Assembly (NCBI GenBank): GCA_016186495.1
Contig: JACPLO010000001.1
Location: forward strand, 11,907 to 75,906
DNA: 64,000 nt
Direction of reading: 5' to 3'
DNA from: Candidatus Niyogibacteria bacterium
GTDB taxonomy: Bacteria; Patescibacteriota; Minisyncoccia; JACROR01
A program made the translations under genes and the position numbers. The notes beneath the pieces were generated by a model. The model did no database searches. It was not told the DNA's origin and was given only the letters and a program-made list of their open reading frames with translations. Shown in pieces: positions 27,492 to 37,481 of this stretch. How positions within the stretch are numbered: the first letter of the stretch is position 1; each line of letters starts with the position of its first letter.

Positions 27492-28424
27492 ATGAAAATT
27501 TTAATTACCGGCGGAGCTGGATTTCAAGGAAGCCATCTGACTGAATTTTTATTAAGAATCGGACATCAAATTTCCGTTCTTAACACTTATTCTGAAAAAT
27601 CAGTTTTTAATCTCGCGGCCGTATTGGATAAAATAAATTTGATTTGGGGGAGCATCACCGATAAAGAGCTGGTGGATAAAAGCGTGCGCGGGCATGAAGC
27701 GGTGATCCATATGGCGGCGCGCATCAATGTTGACGAGTCGCTTAAAGATCCTTTAGCGTTTTTTTATTCCAATATTCTTGGCGCTTACAATATTTTAGAA
27801 GCGGTTAAGAATTATGGCTCAAGGCTTATTTTTGTTTCTACCTGCGAAGTATACGGCGATGGCCATGATCTTAAAGACGGAGAACTGCTGGATGAATCAG
27901 CGGAATTAAAGCCTAACAGCCCTTATGCTGCGTCCAAAGCGTCCGCGGACAGGATTTGCTACGCTTATTTCAGGTCTTTTGGTCTGGACGTGACGATTGT
28001 CCGGCCGTTTAATATTTACGGCGAACGCCAGAAGAGCGGATTATTCGGAGCATTAATTCCCATTTTAACCGCGAAGGCCCTGAAAGGAGAAAATTTGACG
28101 GTCTTCGGAGACGGAAGCGCGACTCGCGATTACACTCACGTCAGCGATATTGTGCGGGCATATAATCTGATTTTGGAAAATTCTTCTTTAAAAGGCAAGA
28201 CGATTAATTTTGCCAGCGGCCGGAATGCCAAAATAAAAGAAATAGCGGAGTATATCGCGAAAAAATTCGGAGTCCGGGTTGTCCACGGCCCCTCAAGGCC
28301 CGGTGAAGTAATGAGATTTCCCGCGGATATCTCTTTTGCCAGAAGTTTGGGATATGTTCCCAAAATTAATATCTGGGAAGGAATTGACAGATATTTGGAA
28401 TGGGCCAAATTAAATTTAAAATGA
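27492..28424 (+). CDS. NAD-dependent NDP-sugar epimerase/dehydratase (extended SDR)
   Basis: 310 aa; TGGAGFQGSHL Rossmann motif, catalytic YAASK. Confidence 0.85.
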   Translation: MKILITGGAGFQGSHLTEFLLRIGHQISVLNTYSEKSVFNLAAVLDKINLIWGSITDKELVDKSVRGHEAVIHMAARINVDESLKDPLAFFYSNILGAYNILEAVKNYGSRLIFVSTCEVYGDGHDLKDGELLDESAELKPNSPYAASKASADRICYAYFRSFGLDVTIVRPFNIYGERQKSGLFGALIPILTAKALKGENLTVFGDGSATRDYTHVSDIVRAYNLILENSSLKGKTINFASGRNAKIKEIAEYIAKKFGVRVVHGPSRPGEVMRFPADISFARSLGYVPKINIWEGIDRYLEWAKLNLK

Positions 28425-28484
28425 ATCTTAACATAAAATAATTCATTATTTAGACACTCTGCGAAAATCGCAGGGTGTTTTATT

Positions 28485-29849
28485 TTGGCCGCAAATGCTG
28501 TTAAAATAAGCGTATCATTTATGATGGATAAAAATAAAATTATAATTATAACGGCAGTCGTGCTCGCGGCTTTTATTTTATCGCTGGCTTATTCTTTTTA
28601 TTTTAAAATTAATCCGGCGGTGGATGCCGCGGCTTACGATAAAATCGCCTGGAATCTGGTTCAGGGAAATGGTTATAAAGAGTCGGCGGATTTGCCGTTT
28701 GATAAGGATATCGCGATTTTGCGGGTCGGTCCGGGTTATGAATTTTTTCTGGCGCTGATTTATTATGTTTTCGGGCATTATCTTTGGGTTGTCTGGATTA
28801 TTCACGCTCTTTTAAGCGCGGCTGCGGCTTATCTGGTGTTTTTGCTTTCCAAAGAAATTTTCAAAGAAAGCCGGAATTTTTTCATCGGCGTGGCGGCGGC
28901 GTCTTTCATGGCATTTTCTCCCGATTTGATTACAATGAGCGGAATGATAATGACCGAGATTCTGGGCGTTTTTTTGATAATTTTAAGCGTTTATTTATTT
29001 TTTAAATATATAAACAGCGAAGCCAAGTCGGTTTATCTTGTTATTTTGGCGGCGTTGGCGTTTGGCGCGGCGGTTTTGGTCCGAACGCCGATCGCCCTGC
29101 TTTTTTTGCCTTTTGCCGGCTATTTTATTTTTCATAAAAATTGGCGGCATTTTTTATTTTTTTCTTTCGCGCTGATTTTAATTTTTCTGCCCTGGACTTT
29201 AAGAAATTATCAAACTTATCATTCATTCATTCCGACTAACTTGGCTTTTGGCTATGATCTTCTGGCCGGAAATCATTCAGGCGCGACCGGCGAACTGGAA
29301 CCGTATTATTTAAACGAACAATTTATGGAGCAGGGAAGAATTGAAGGGAATAAACTTGCCCTTAAAGAAGCCCTGTTTTTTATTTTTGCCAACCCGCTGG
29401 AATTTTTAAAAATTACTTTTTACCGGATTTCCATTTATTTCAGCTTCGCGCGGCCGACCGGATTTTGGTTTCATTTGGAAGGCGCGAGCCGGGCATTGAC
29501 TTTGGCTCTTTCCGCTTTATATTCTGTTTTACTTTTTGTTTTTGGATTTTTTGGGATTTATGGGATAAAAGAATTGCCGCCAACAGACAAAAAAAGAGCA
29601 AAATTTTTTATTTGGACGCTTTTAGCGATGCCTTTGGCCGTCGTTTGGATTATCGTGGAAACGCGCTATCGTTTTCTCGTTTATCCTTTTTTCGCGGTTT
29701 TCGCGGGCTATGGATTGTGGACATTGTTTAATAAAAAAATTGCCCTTAAAATATTGCTTGGCATCTTCGGAATTTTATTTTTGAACACCGCTTTTGACGC
29801 TTGGCGAAATTCGGAAAGAATAATAGAAAGAATCGCGGAGTTATTATGA
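28485..29849 (+). CDS. GT-C fold membrane glycosyltransferase, ArnT/PMT_2-like
   Basis: 454 aa polytopic; loop motif DAAAYDKIAWNLVQGNGY; start may be the downstream MMDKNK. Confidence 0.5.
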   Translation: MAANAVKISVSFMMDKNKIIIITAVVLAAFILSLAYSFYFKINPAVDAAAYDKIAWNLVQGNGYKESADLPFDKDIAILRVGPGYEFFLALIYYVFGHYLWVVWIIHALLSAAAAYLVFLLSKEIFKESRNFFIGVAAASFMAFSPDLITMSGMIMTEILGVFLIILSVYLFFKYINSEAKSVYLVILAALAFGAAVLVRTPIALLFLPFAGYFIFHKNWRHFLFFSFALILIFLPWTLRNYQTYHSFIPTNLAFGYDLLAGNHSGATGELEPYYLNEQFMEQGRIEGNKLALKEALFFIFANPLEFLKITFYRISIYFSFARPTGFWFHLEGASRALTLALSALYSVLLFVFGFFGIYGIKELPPTDKKRAKFFIWTLLAMPLAVVWIIVETRYRFLVYPFFAVFAGYGLWTLFNKKIALKILLGIFGILFLNTAFDAWRNSERIIERIAELL

Positions 29850-30538
29850 AACTTTCAATCATTATTCCCGTTTATAACGAAAAAAACACCGTTCAAGAAC
29901 TTATTAAAAAAGTTCAGAATGTTTTTTTGCCGGATATGGAAAAAGAAATCATTATCGTTGACGATGGTTCAACTGACGGGACGCGCGATATTTTAAAAAA
30001 AGTAAGCGGCATTAAATATATTTTTCACGACAAAAATCTCGGCAAAGGCGGAGCGATAAAGACCGGTTTTCAGCGGGCGACCGGCGATATTATCCTTATT
30101 CAGGACGCGGATTTGGAATATGATCCGAATGAATACGGCCGGCTGATCGCGCCTATTTTTTCCGGTCGCGCCGATGTGGTTTATGGCTCTCGTTTTGTCG
30201 GCAATGATCCTCACCGCGTTCTTTATGTTTGGCATTATCTGGCCAATCGTTTTTTGACGATTTTATCAAATATTCTGACCGGTTTTAACTTATCCGATAT
30301 GGAAACTTGTTATAAAGTATTTAGAAAAGAAGTGGTTGATTCTTTTAAAGAAAAACTAAAATCAAAAAAATTCGGCATTGAGCCGGAATTGACGGCCAGA
30401 ATCGCCAAAGGCCGGTGGCGGATTTACGAAGTCGGCATTTCTTATTACGGCCGAACTTACGAGGAAGGCAAAAAAATAAATTGGAAAGACGGCTTAGCCG
30501 CGATTTGGCACATTATTCGTTTTAATTTATTTAATTAA
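29845..30538 (+). CDS. glycosyltransferase family 2, dolichyl/polyprenyl-phosphate sugar synthase-like
   Basis: MKLSIIIPVYNEKNT...IVDDGSTDGT...QDADLEYDP; ATGA overlap with upstream gene. Confidence 0.8.
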
Positions 30539-30557
30539 ATTTGCGGTAGAAATTCAT

Positions 30558-32393
30558 ATGTGCGCGATTAACGGATTTAATTTTAAAGACGAAAAATTGA
30601 TTGTTCAAATGAATGCCGTTACTCGCCGCCGCGGACCGGATGGGACGGGCGTTTTTACGGATGAGGGTATTTCTTTAGGCCACAATCGTTTAAGCATCAT
30701 TGATTTGACTGATGCCGCTTCCCAGCCAATGCAAAATAATGACGGCAATTTAGTCATTGTTTTTAACGGGGAGATTTATAATTTTTTGGAATTAAAGCGC
30801 GAGCTTGCCGGCAGTTATCAATTTAAGACATTAAGCGATACCGAGATTATTTTGGCGGCTTATCAGAAATGGGGCGCGGAATGCGTTAAAAAATTCAACG
30901 GCATATTTGCTTTTGTTATTTGGGATAAGTTAAAGCGGGAATTATTTTTGGCGCGCGATCCGATCGGCGTCAAGCCTCTTTATTATTTTTGGGATAGCCG
31001 AAAATTTATATTTTCTTCCGAAATAAAAGCGATTTTGGAACATAATGTTTCCCGTGTTCTGGATAAAGAAGCGTTTAACCATTATCTGCGGCTGTTGTAT
31101 GTGCCGGAACCCTTGACAATGTTTGAAGGTGTGAGAAAATTTCCGCCAGCCAGCTATGCGTTGTTAAAAAACAATAAATTCACAACTTATAATTATTGGG
31201 ATTTAAAAACAAAAGAGAAATTTTTTGGAACAAATAAAAAATTAGCGGTTGAACTTCGGGAAAAAGTGGAACAGGCGGTAAAAAGCCAGTTGATTTCCGA
31301 CCGGCCTTTGGGAATTTATCTTTCCGGCGGTATAGATTCAAGCGTGGTTTTAGATTGCGTGGCAAAAGTGCGCGATAATATAGATACTTTTTCCGTTGGT
31401 TTTAACCTTAAAGAAAAAGAACAGAAAGAAAAATTTAACGCGGATTTTAATCTGGCGCGGCGGACGGCCGAGTATTATGGCACGAATCACCATGAAGTTT
31501 TGTTATCTCCGCAAGATGTTTTGGATTTGCTGGATAGAGTTGTCTGGCAAATGGACGAGCCGATTTCCAATCCCACGGCGATCGCGATGATGAAGCTGGC
31601 CGAGTTCACTAAAAATAAAGCCGATGTGGTTTTAGGCGGGGACGGCGGCGACGAGCTTTTTGGCGGTTATGACCGATATCGGTTGAGTTTGGCGGCGAAT
31701 TATTATCAAAAATTGCCAAAATTGTTTCGTGGAGCGATTGCTAAATTCAGCCAAAAAGCGGGGAAACTGAATGTGCCCGCTGGCATAGAACGTTACGCGC
31801 TTTTTATGTTTCAGAAAGACGAGATTTTACGAAAGAGTATAAGTGAAGAATTTTTAGATTTTAATCTTACCAAGAATTTTTTTAACAAAAAATTCAAATT
31901 TAACGATCGTTCCGCCGCGTTTGAGGAGATTTTAATGGAGGTAGACAGAAAAAGCTGGTTGGCTGATTTTTCGCTCATCCTGACCGATAAAATGTCAATG
32001 GCTTTCGGTCTTGAAGCCAGAGTGCCTTTTTTGGATAAAAATCTGGTGGAATTTGCCGCGAAAATACCTCTTAAATATAAAATAAGTTTGTTCAATAACA
32101 AGATTATTCTGAAAGAGGCCTTTTACGGGAGAATTCCGAATTTTCTTTTTAATCAGCCGAAAAGAGGCTGGTTTTCGCCGGCGGCCAAATGGCTGAGATA
32201 TCCGGAAATGCAAAAAATGATCAAAGAGGTTTTATCGGAAAATTATTGCGAAAGCACGCGCCGGATTTTTAGATGGCGGAAATTGCAGGATATTTTTGAA
32301 GGGCACTGTTTTCGCGGCGAATATAATTTAAATATAATTTGGGCAATTTTAACTTTTCAAATCTGGGCCAAGCAATATAAGATTCAAATATGA
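30558..32393 (+). CDS. asnB: asparagine synthetase (glutamine-hydrolysing) family amidotransferase
   Basis: 611 aa; N-terminal MCAINGF Ntn nucleophile, PP-loop SGGIDSS. Confidence 0.85.
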   Translation: MCAINGFNFKDEKLIVQMNAVTRRRGPDGTGVFTDEGISLGHNRLSIIDLTDAASQPMQNNDGNLVIVFNGEIYNFLELKRELAGSYQFKTLSDTEIILAAYQKWGAECVKKFNGIFAFVIWDKLKRELFLARDPIGVKPLYYFWDSRKFIFSSEIKAILEHNVSRVLDKEAFNHYLRLLYVPEPLTMFEGVRKFPPASYALLKNNKFTTYNYWDLKTKEKFFGTNKKLAVELREKVEQAVKSQLISDRPLGIYLSGGIDSSVVLDCVAKVRDNIDTFSVGFNLKEKEQKEKFNADFNLARRTAEYYGTNHHEVLLSPQDVLDLLDRVVWQMDEPISNPTAIAMMKLAEFTKNKADVVLGGDGGDELFGGYDRYRLSLAANYYQKLPKLFRGAIAKFSQKAGKLNVPAGIERYALFMFQKDEILRKSISEEFLDFNLTKNFFNKKFKFNDRSAAFEEILMEVDRKSWLADFSLILTDKMSMAFGLEARVPFLDKNLVEFAAKIPLKYKISLFNNKIILKEAFYGRIPNFLFNQPKRGWFSPAAKWLRYPEMQKMIKEVLSENYCESTRRIFRWRKLQDIFEGHCFRGEYNLNIIWAILTFQIWAKQYKIQI

Positions 32394-33034
32394 AAGACGC
32401 GGTAATTTTTATAAAAGAATTATGGCGAGGCAAGGATTTGTGCAGAATTTTAATGAATTTAGAATGCAGGAAGTTCGCGCTTGAAGGACATGTTTTGGAT
32501 ATTGGAAGCGGATTAAATCGGGCCAGTTATCATCGTTTTTTCAAAATTTCGCCGGATGCCGAAATTTTTTCTTTGGACCAGGCCGTATCAGAAATTGATT
32601 TTGAAAAAGATAAATTACCTTACAAAGATAATAGCATGGACGCGATTTTAATTTTTAATCTTTTAGAGCATATTTATAATTATTCTTTTTTACTCGCGGA
32701 AATAAAAAGAGTTTTAAAGCCCGGCGGGCAAATGATCGGCGCCGCGCCTTTTTTGGTCGGCTATCATCCGGACCCGCATGATTATTGGCGATACACGAAT
32801 GAAGCGCTTTTTAAAATTTTTAAAGGGCAGAATTTTAAAAATATCGAAATTAAACCGATTGGCCGAGGGCCTTTTACGGCCGTTTATTCGCAAGTGGAAT
32901 TTATGCTGCCGCGGGTTTTAAAAATAATTAAATTGCCGGTTGTTTTGTTTTTAGATCGGCTGATTTTTAAAATTAAGCCGAATTTTAACCGTGAAAAATT
33001 TGCTCTTGGATTGTTTTTTTCTGGAATCAAATAA
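32390..33034 (+). CDS. class I SAM-dependent methyltransferase
   Basis: 214 aa; motif I VLDIGSGLN, post-I LKPGGQMI. Confidence 0.6.
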   Translation: MKDAVIFIKELWRGKDLCRILMNLECRKFALEGHVLDIGSGLNRASYHRFFKISPDAEIFSLDQAVSEIDFEKDKLPYKDNSMDAILIFNLLEHIYNYSFLLAEIKRVLKPGGQMIGAAPFLVGYHPDPHDYWRYTNEALFKIFKGQNFKNIEIKPIGRGPFTAVYSQVEFMLPRVLKIIKLPVVLFLDRLIFKIKPNFNREKFALGLFFSGIK

Positions 33035-33114
33035 ATCAAATAATCATTGTTTGGTTTGTCATGATGGATAAAATTTGATAATCAGATAATAATGCCAAGA
33101 TAGGTAATAAGCGT

Positions 33115-34110
33115 ATGATTGATGAAAAAGCAAGAAAAAATCCGGAATTATCGGTGATTATTCCCGTTTATAATTCCAGAAAAACGATTAATCAATGCCT
33201 GAACGCGGTTTTTTCGTCTGATTTTAAAGAATTTGAAGTGATTATGGTTGATGATTGTTCAACCGATGATACCTTAGAAATGGCAAAAAAATATCCTTGT
33301 AAAGTTATTAAGCTTAAAAGAAACTCCGGGCCTTCATCGGCGAGAAATCAAGGAGCAACGGCGGCCAGCGCGGAGATATTATTTTTTATTGATTCCGATG
33401 TCATTTTAAACAGTAACGCGCTTCGCGAAGTATTTAATTTTTACAAAGATGAGAAAATTCACGCGGCAATCGGGATGTACGCGAAAGAATCGGCGAATAA
33501 CGGCTTTTTCCATGAATATATGGCTCTTTGGAAATATTATACTTGGATGTATCCTCAAGCTCCGGAATATTTTAGTTTTTTTATCGCCTCCTGCGGTTCA
33601 ATGCGCCGGAAAGTTTTTTTTGAATTGAACGGTTTTAACACCGAGTATCGGGGAACCGATGTTGAGGATTATGAGCTTGGCTATCGCTTAAGGGAAAAAT
33701 ATAAAATTTATTTTAATCCAAAAATTCAGGGCAAACATTATCATCCGGATTTTATGACCTGCGCGAGAAATTATTATAAAAGAGCGTCATTATGGTTTAA
33801 TCTTTTTATGAAGCAAAATTCGTTTGATAACGGCGCCGCGTCAGCTTCGCGAGGCGTCTCGTCGCTGATCGGATTTTTAATTCCGGTTTTAATATTATTC
33901 GCAATCTTCTTTCCGTTGTTATGGATAGCGGTTGTTTCTTTAAGCGTGATTTTTGTGATAATGAATATGAAATTCTATCTGCTGGCTTTTGAAGAAAAAG
34001 GATTATGGTTTATGATGTTTTCAATCGCCGCCAATTTGATTTTGTCAATTTTTATCAGCGCGGGCGTTTTTAAATCAATTATTTCAATATCTTTTTTAAA
34101 ATGGATCTAA
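33115..34110 (+). CDS. glycosyltransferase family 2 with C-terminal TM helices
   Basis: LSVIIPVYNSRKT...VDDCSTDDT...DSD. Confidence 0.75.
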   Translation: MIDEKARKNPELSVIIPVYNSRKTINQCLNAVFSSDFKEFEVIMVDDCSTDDTLEMAKKYPCKVIKLKRNSGPSSARNQGATAASAEILFFIDSDVILNSNALREVFNFYKDEKIHAAIGMYAKESANNGFFHEYMALWKYYTWMYPQAPEYFSFFIASCGSMRRKVFFELNGFNTEYRGTDVEDYELGYRLREKYKIYFNPKIQGKHYHPDFMTCARNYYKRASLWFNLFMKQNSFDNGAASASRGVSSLIGFLIPVLILFAIFFPLLWIAVVSLSVIFVIMNMKFYLLAFEEKGLWFMMFSIAANLILSIFISAGVFKSIISISFLKWI

Positions 34111-35174
34111 AAAAATATTATCACATCGGAAAAGTGTTTTTTAATAAGATGCCGTCTTATCTTATATTTTTTGTGACAGCCAGATGCAATTCCCGCTGCC
34201 GAATGTGTTTTTATTGGAAAAATATTGAAAATCCCCAAAAAGAATTAAGTTTGGAAGAGATAAAAAAGATATCAAAAGGATTCGGGCATTTGCAGTATCT
34301 GACGGTATCAGGAGGAGAGCCTTTTTTGAGAACAGATTTATCGGAAATTATTCAAACATTTGTCAAACAAAATAATTTGCAGTTTGTCAGTATTCCGACC
34401 AACGGATTATTGCCGGATAGAATAGCCAGCGTTTCGGAAGATATGTTTAAGAAATGTCCGAATACGTTTTTTAGAATTGCGTTGTCGCTTGACGGTATTG
34501 GCCAGGATCACGACGAGATCAGAGGAATTCCCGGTAATTTTGAAAAATTAAAAGAGTCTTACGCGCGATTGAATGAATTAAGGAAAAAGTACGGTAATTT
34601 TAACATTGATTCAACAACGGTTTTTACCAATTTCAATCATCGCAAGATTAAAGGTATATTTGAATGGGTGGATAAAAATATAAATATTGACAATCATGTG
34701 CTTCTTTTGGCGCGCGGTAACGCGAGGGAATCTATTGCTAAGCAAGTGTCAATTGACGAATATGCTGAAATGGCGGATTATGTTGAACAAAAAACATTTG
34801 CCAAATCGCCAAGGAAAAAGCAATTTTATCTGAAAGCCTTGAAAGCGGTTAAATTGGTGATGAGGGATGTGATTGTCAGGACGGTTAAAGAAAAAAAGAT
34901 GATCCTGCCGTGCGTGGCGGGAAAGAAAATGGTGATAATCAGTGAGACGGGCAAAGTGTATCCCTGCGAACTTTTGCCCAAGGAAATGGGGGATTTGCGG
35001 AAGAATAATTATGATATAAAAAAGATACTTTTTTCGCAGGCGGGAAAAGATATCAAGCGGCAGATTAAAGAAACTAAATGCCATTGTACTTTTGAATGTG
35101 CGATCCAAAATAATATTTTTTATAATCCTTTGGCTTACCCTTCAATTATTAAAAAACTTTTTCGTTTAAAATGA
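34101..35174 (+). CDS. radical SAM protein (possible SPASM-type C-terminus)
   Basis: 357 aa; CxxxCxxC cluster motif TARCNSRCRMCFYW; C-terminal Cys-rich CHCTFEC. Confidence 0.7.
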   Translation: MDLKKYYHIGKVFFNKMPSYLIFFVTARCNSRCRMCFYWKNIENPQKELSLEEIKKISKGFGHLQYLTVSGGEPFLRTDLSEIIQTFVKQNNLQFVSIPTNGLLPDRIASVSEDMFKKCPNTFFRIALSLDGIGQDHDEIRGIPGNFEKLKESYARLNELRKKYGNFNIDSTTVFTNFNHRKIKGIFEWVDKNINIDNHVLLLARGNARESIAKQVSIDEYAEMADYVEQKTFAKSPRKKQFYLKALKAVKLVMRDVIVRTVKEKKMILPCVAGKKMVIISETGKVYPCELLPKEMGDLRKNNYDIKKILFSQAGKDIKRQIKETKCHCTFECAIQNNIFYNPLAYPSIIKKLFRLK

Positions 35175-36136
35175 ATATGGCCTTAAAACCCGAAGCTAAA
35201 ATATCAATCGTGATTCCGGTCTATAACGAAGAAAATTCGGTGGCTGAATTGCACCGGGAAATAGTGGAAGTTTTTCAAGGCCTGAAACACGATTATGAAA
35301 TTATTTTTATTGATGATGGTTCAACGGATAAGACGTTGGCTGAACTGAAAAAACTTGTTTTCGTCCGGATTATTTCTTTTGCCAGAAATTTTGGAAAATC
35401 CCAAGCTTTGCAAGCCGGTTTTGATGAAGCGCAGGGAGACTATATTATTACGCTTGACGGCGATTTGCAGGATGATCCCCATGAAATTCCTAAATTTTTG
35501 GAAAAATTAGAGGGCGGATTTGACCTTGTTTGCGGTTGGAAACAAAAAAGAGCGGATTCCTTATCGCGGAGGTTTGCTTCTAAAATTGCCAACAGTATAG
35601 CTCGAAAAATGACCGGCATAGATATTCATGATATGAATTGCTGCTTTAAAATTTATAAAAAAGAAACGGCTAAAAGCCTTTCTCTCTACGGCGATATGCA
35701 TCGCTATATTCCGTCTATTGTTTCGGGAATGGGGTTTTTGGTCGGCGAAACGGCAATCAATCATCGTCCGCGCCGCTACGGAGATTCAAAGTACGGATTT
35801 GGCCGGTTTGCCAGCAGTATTTTTGATTTTATTACTTTGATTTTTTTGCGGCGATTCACTGATCGGCCCATGCATTTTTTCGGCTTGATAGGAATTATTC
35901 TTTCTTCGGCCGGAGTGATTATTTTAGCGTTTTTAAGCTGGCGGAAAATTTTTTACGGGCTTTTGCTCGCCGGCCGGCCATCTTTGCTTTTAGGCATTTT
36001 AATGGTGATTGTCGGTTTGCAATTGTTTTTATTAGGTTTCATCAGCGAATTAATAATCCGGCAATCTTCATCGGAAAAAAGAAATTTTGTCGTTAAAGAA
36101 AAAATAATCAGGAATCAGCGTGAAAATATTTCTTGA
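35171..36136 (+). CDS. glycosyltransferase family 2, polyprenyl-phosphate glycosyltransferase (GtrB/ArnC-like)
   Basis: 321 aa; ISIVIPVYNEENS...FIDDGSTDKT...LDGDLQDDP; two C-terminal TM helices. Confidence 0.8.
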   Translation: MNMALKPEAKISIVIPVYNEENSVAELHREIVEVFQGLKHDYEIIFIDDGSTDKTLAELKKLVFVRIISFARNFGKSQALQAGFDEAQGDYIITLDGDLQDDPHEIPKFLEKLEGGFDLVCGWKQKRADSLSRRFASKIANSIARKMTGIDIHDMNCCFKIYKKETAKSLSLYGDMHRYIPSIVSGMGFLVGETAINHRPRRYGDSKYGFGRFASSIFDFITLIFLRRFTDRPMHFFGLIGIILSSAGVIILAFLSWRKIFYGLLLAGRPSLLLGILMVIVGLQLFLLGFISELIIRQSSSEKRNFVVKEKIIRNQRENIS

Positions 36137-37481
36137 CGTTATAAAAAAACGAAAAAGCGTCCGCAGTTTTCTCGCGAAAACCGTAGATCTTGCTTTAATT
36201 AAAGAAATAATCGCTCTCGCCACTTACGCTCCCACCAGCTGCAATCAGCAATTGTGGAATTTTATCGTTATTGACGATGCTCTAACGAAAGAAAAACTGA
36301 TTAAAGAAGCCGCCGCCAACACTTTAATAAGAAGAGCGCCGGTTGTTATTGCGGTTACTTATGACGGCTGGAATTATAAAGAAGCGCTTCAGGGGGCAAG
36401 TTTAGCCGTGGGACATATTTTATTGGCGGCGGAATATTACGGCCTCGGCGCTTTGCCGATTAATAGTTACGGGGCGGATTGCAAAGTCAAAAAAATTTTA
36501 AACATTCCCGTTAAAGAAAAAATTTGCTGTTTTATCGCTCTGGGGCATCCTGATGAGCGGGCGCAGCAATCTCCTCTGGTTTCCCGAAGGCCGGTTGAAG
36601 AAGTATTTCATCAAGGAAAATTTCGGGATAATAATGCTCCTCCTTTTACTTATGATCCTAATGATTGGAGTTTGGAAAATTTGCGCAATCATCAGAAATA
36701 TTATTGCCGGAAAACTTTTTTAGGAAAAGAAATGGATATAATGAACCAACGGGAAAGGGAATTGATAAAAAATACTCTCGGCGATATAAAAAATAATTTG
36801 CTTGATTTATTTTCTTACGATGGAAGTTTTTTAAAAGAATTTCCTCTTCTGCCGATTATCGCCATGGATTTGACTCAAGAAACATCCGCTTATACCAGAG
36901 CGGCCGTCCGGTTGTTTGCCAAAAATAAATTATTAAAAGCGGCTCATATTATTTATGATGATAAAAAAAAAGCATTTACGGAAAATCAACAGGCCGCCAT
37001 CAGCCTTATTTATAAATTAGAGAGAATATCCGACGCCTTAAAGGAAAATTTATTCATTCAAGCGTACAATACTTTGCGAAAAGAAGGAGAATTTATTATT
37101 ATCGCGAGGAAATCAAACATATTTTTGTCTTTTTTCTTTTTTGCCGTAAGATTAATCTTCGGCCAGGATGTCAGAAAAACGGGAATTTACAGCTTTTTCG
37201 GGCCGTATCAGCCCGTCAGTTTGCGTAAAACAAAACAACAATTAAAGAAAGCGGGCTTCCGGGATATTTCATGGTCCGGATATTTTTTCATTCCTGTATT
37301 TTATGAACAAATCTATCAGATGATCAAGCAATATATCCGCAGCGGAGGCACAAGTTATTTGCATCGGGAGCCGAAGGAAGACGCGATAAGCAAATTTCTT
37401 TCTTTTATTATGAAAATTCAAGGTCTGCGTAAATTTGGTTTATTGGGATCGGTCGCGGTAATAATATGCCGCAAGCAATAA
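36120..37481 (+). CDS. nitroreductase-family domain fused to a C-terminal methyltransferase-like region
   Basis: 453 aa; N-terminal nitroreductase fold (KRKSVRSF...APTSCNQQLWNFIVIDD); C-terminal ~200 aa resembles degenerate class I MTase. Confidence 0.55.
   Translation: MKIFLDVIKKRKSVRSFLAKTVDLALIKEIIALATYAPTSCNQQLWNFIVIDDALTKEKLIKEAAANTLIRRAPVVIAVTYDGWNYKEALQGASLAVGHILLAAEYYGLGALPINSYGADCKVKKILNIPVKEKICCFIALGHPDERAQQSPLVSRRPVEEVFHQGKFRDNNAPPFTYDPNDWSLENLRNHQKYYCRKTFLGKEMDIMNQRERELIKNTLGDIKNNLLDLFSYDGSFLKEFPLLPIIAMDLTQETSAYTRAAVRLFAKNKLLKAAHIIYDDKKKAFTENQQAAISLIYKLERISDALKENLFIQAYNTLRKEGEFIIIARKSNIFLSFFFFAVRLIFGQDVRKTGIYSFFGPYQPVSLRKTKQQLKKAGFRDISWSGYFFIPVFYEQIYQMIKQYIRSGGTSYLHREPKEDAISKFLSFIMKIQGLRKFGLLGSVAVIICRKQ

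Noticed and set aside
30770-30785. TTTTAACGGGGAG inside asnB as another palindromic-family copy
   Set aside because: No inverted partner nearby; encodes the conserved VFNGEIY amidotransferase motif, so the match is coding coincidence.
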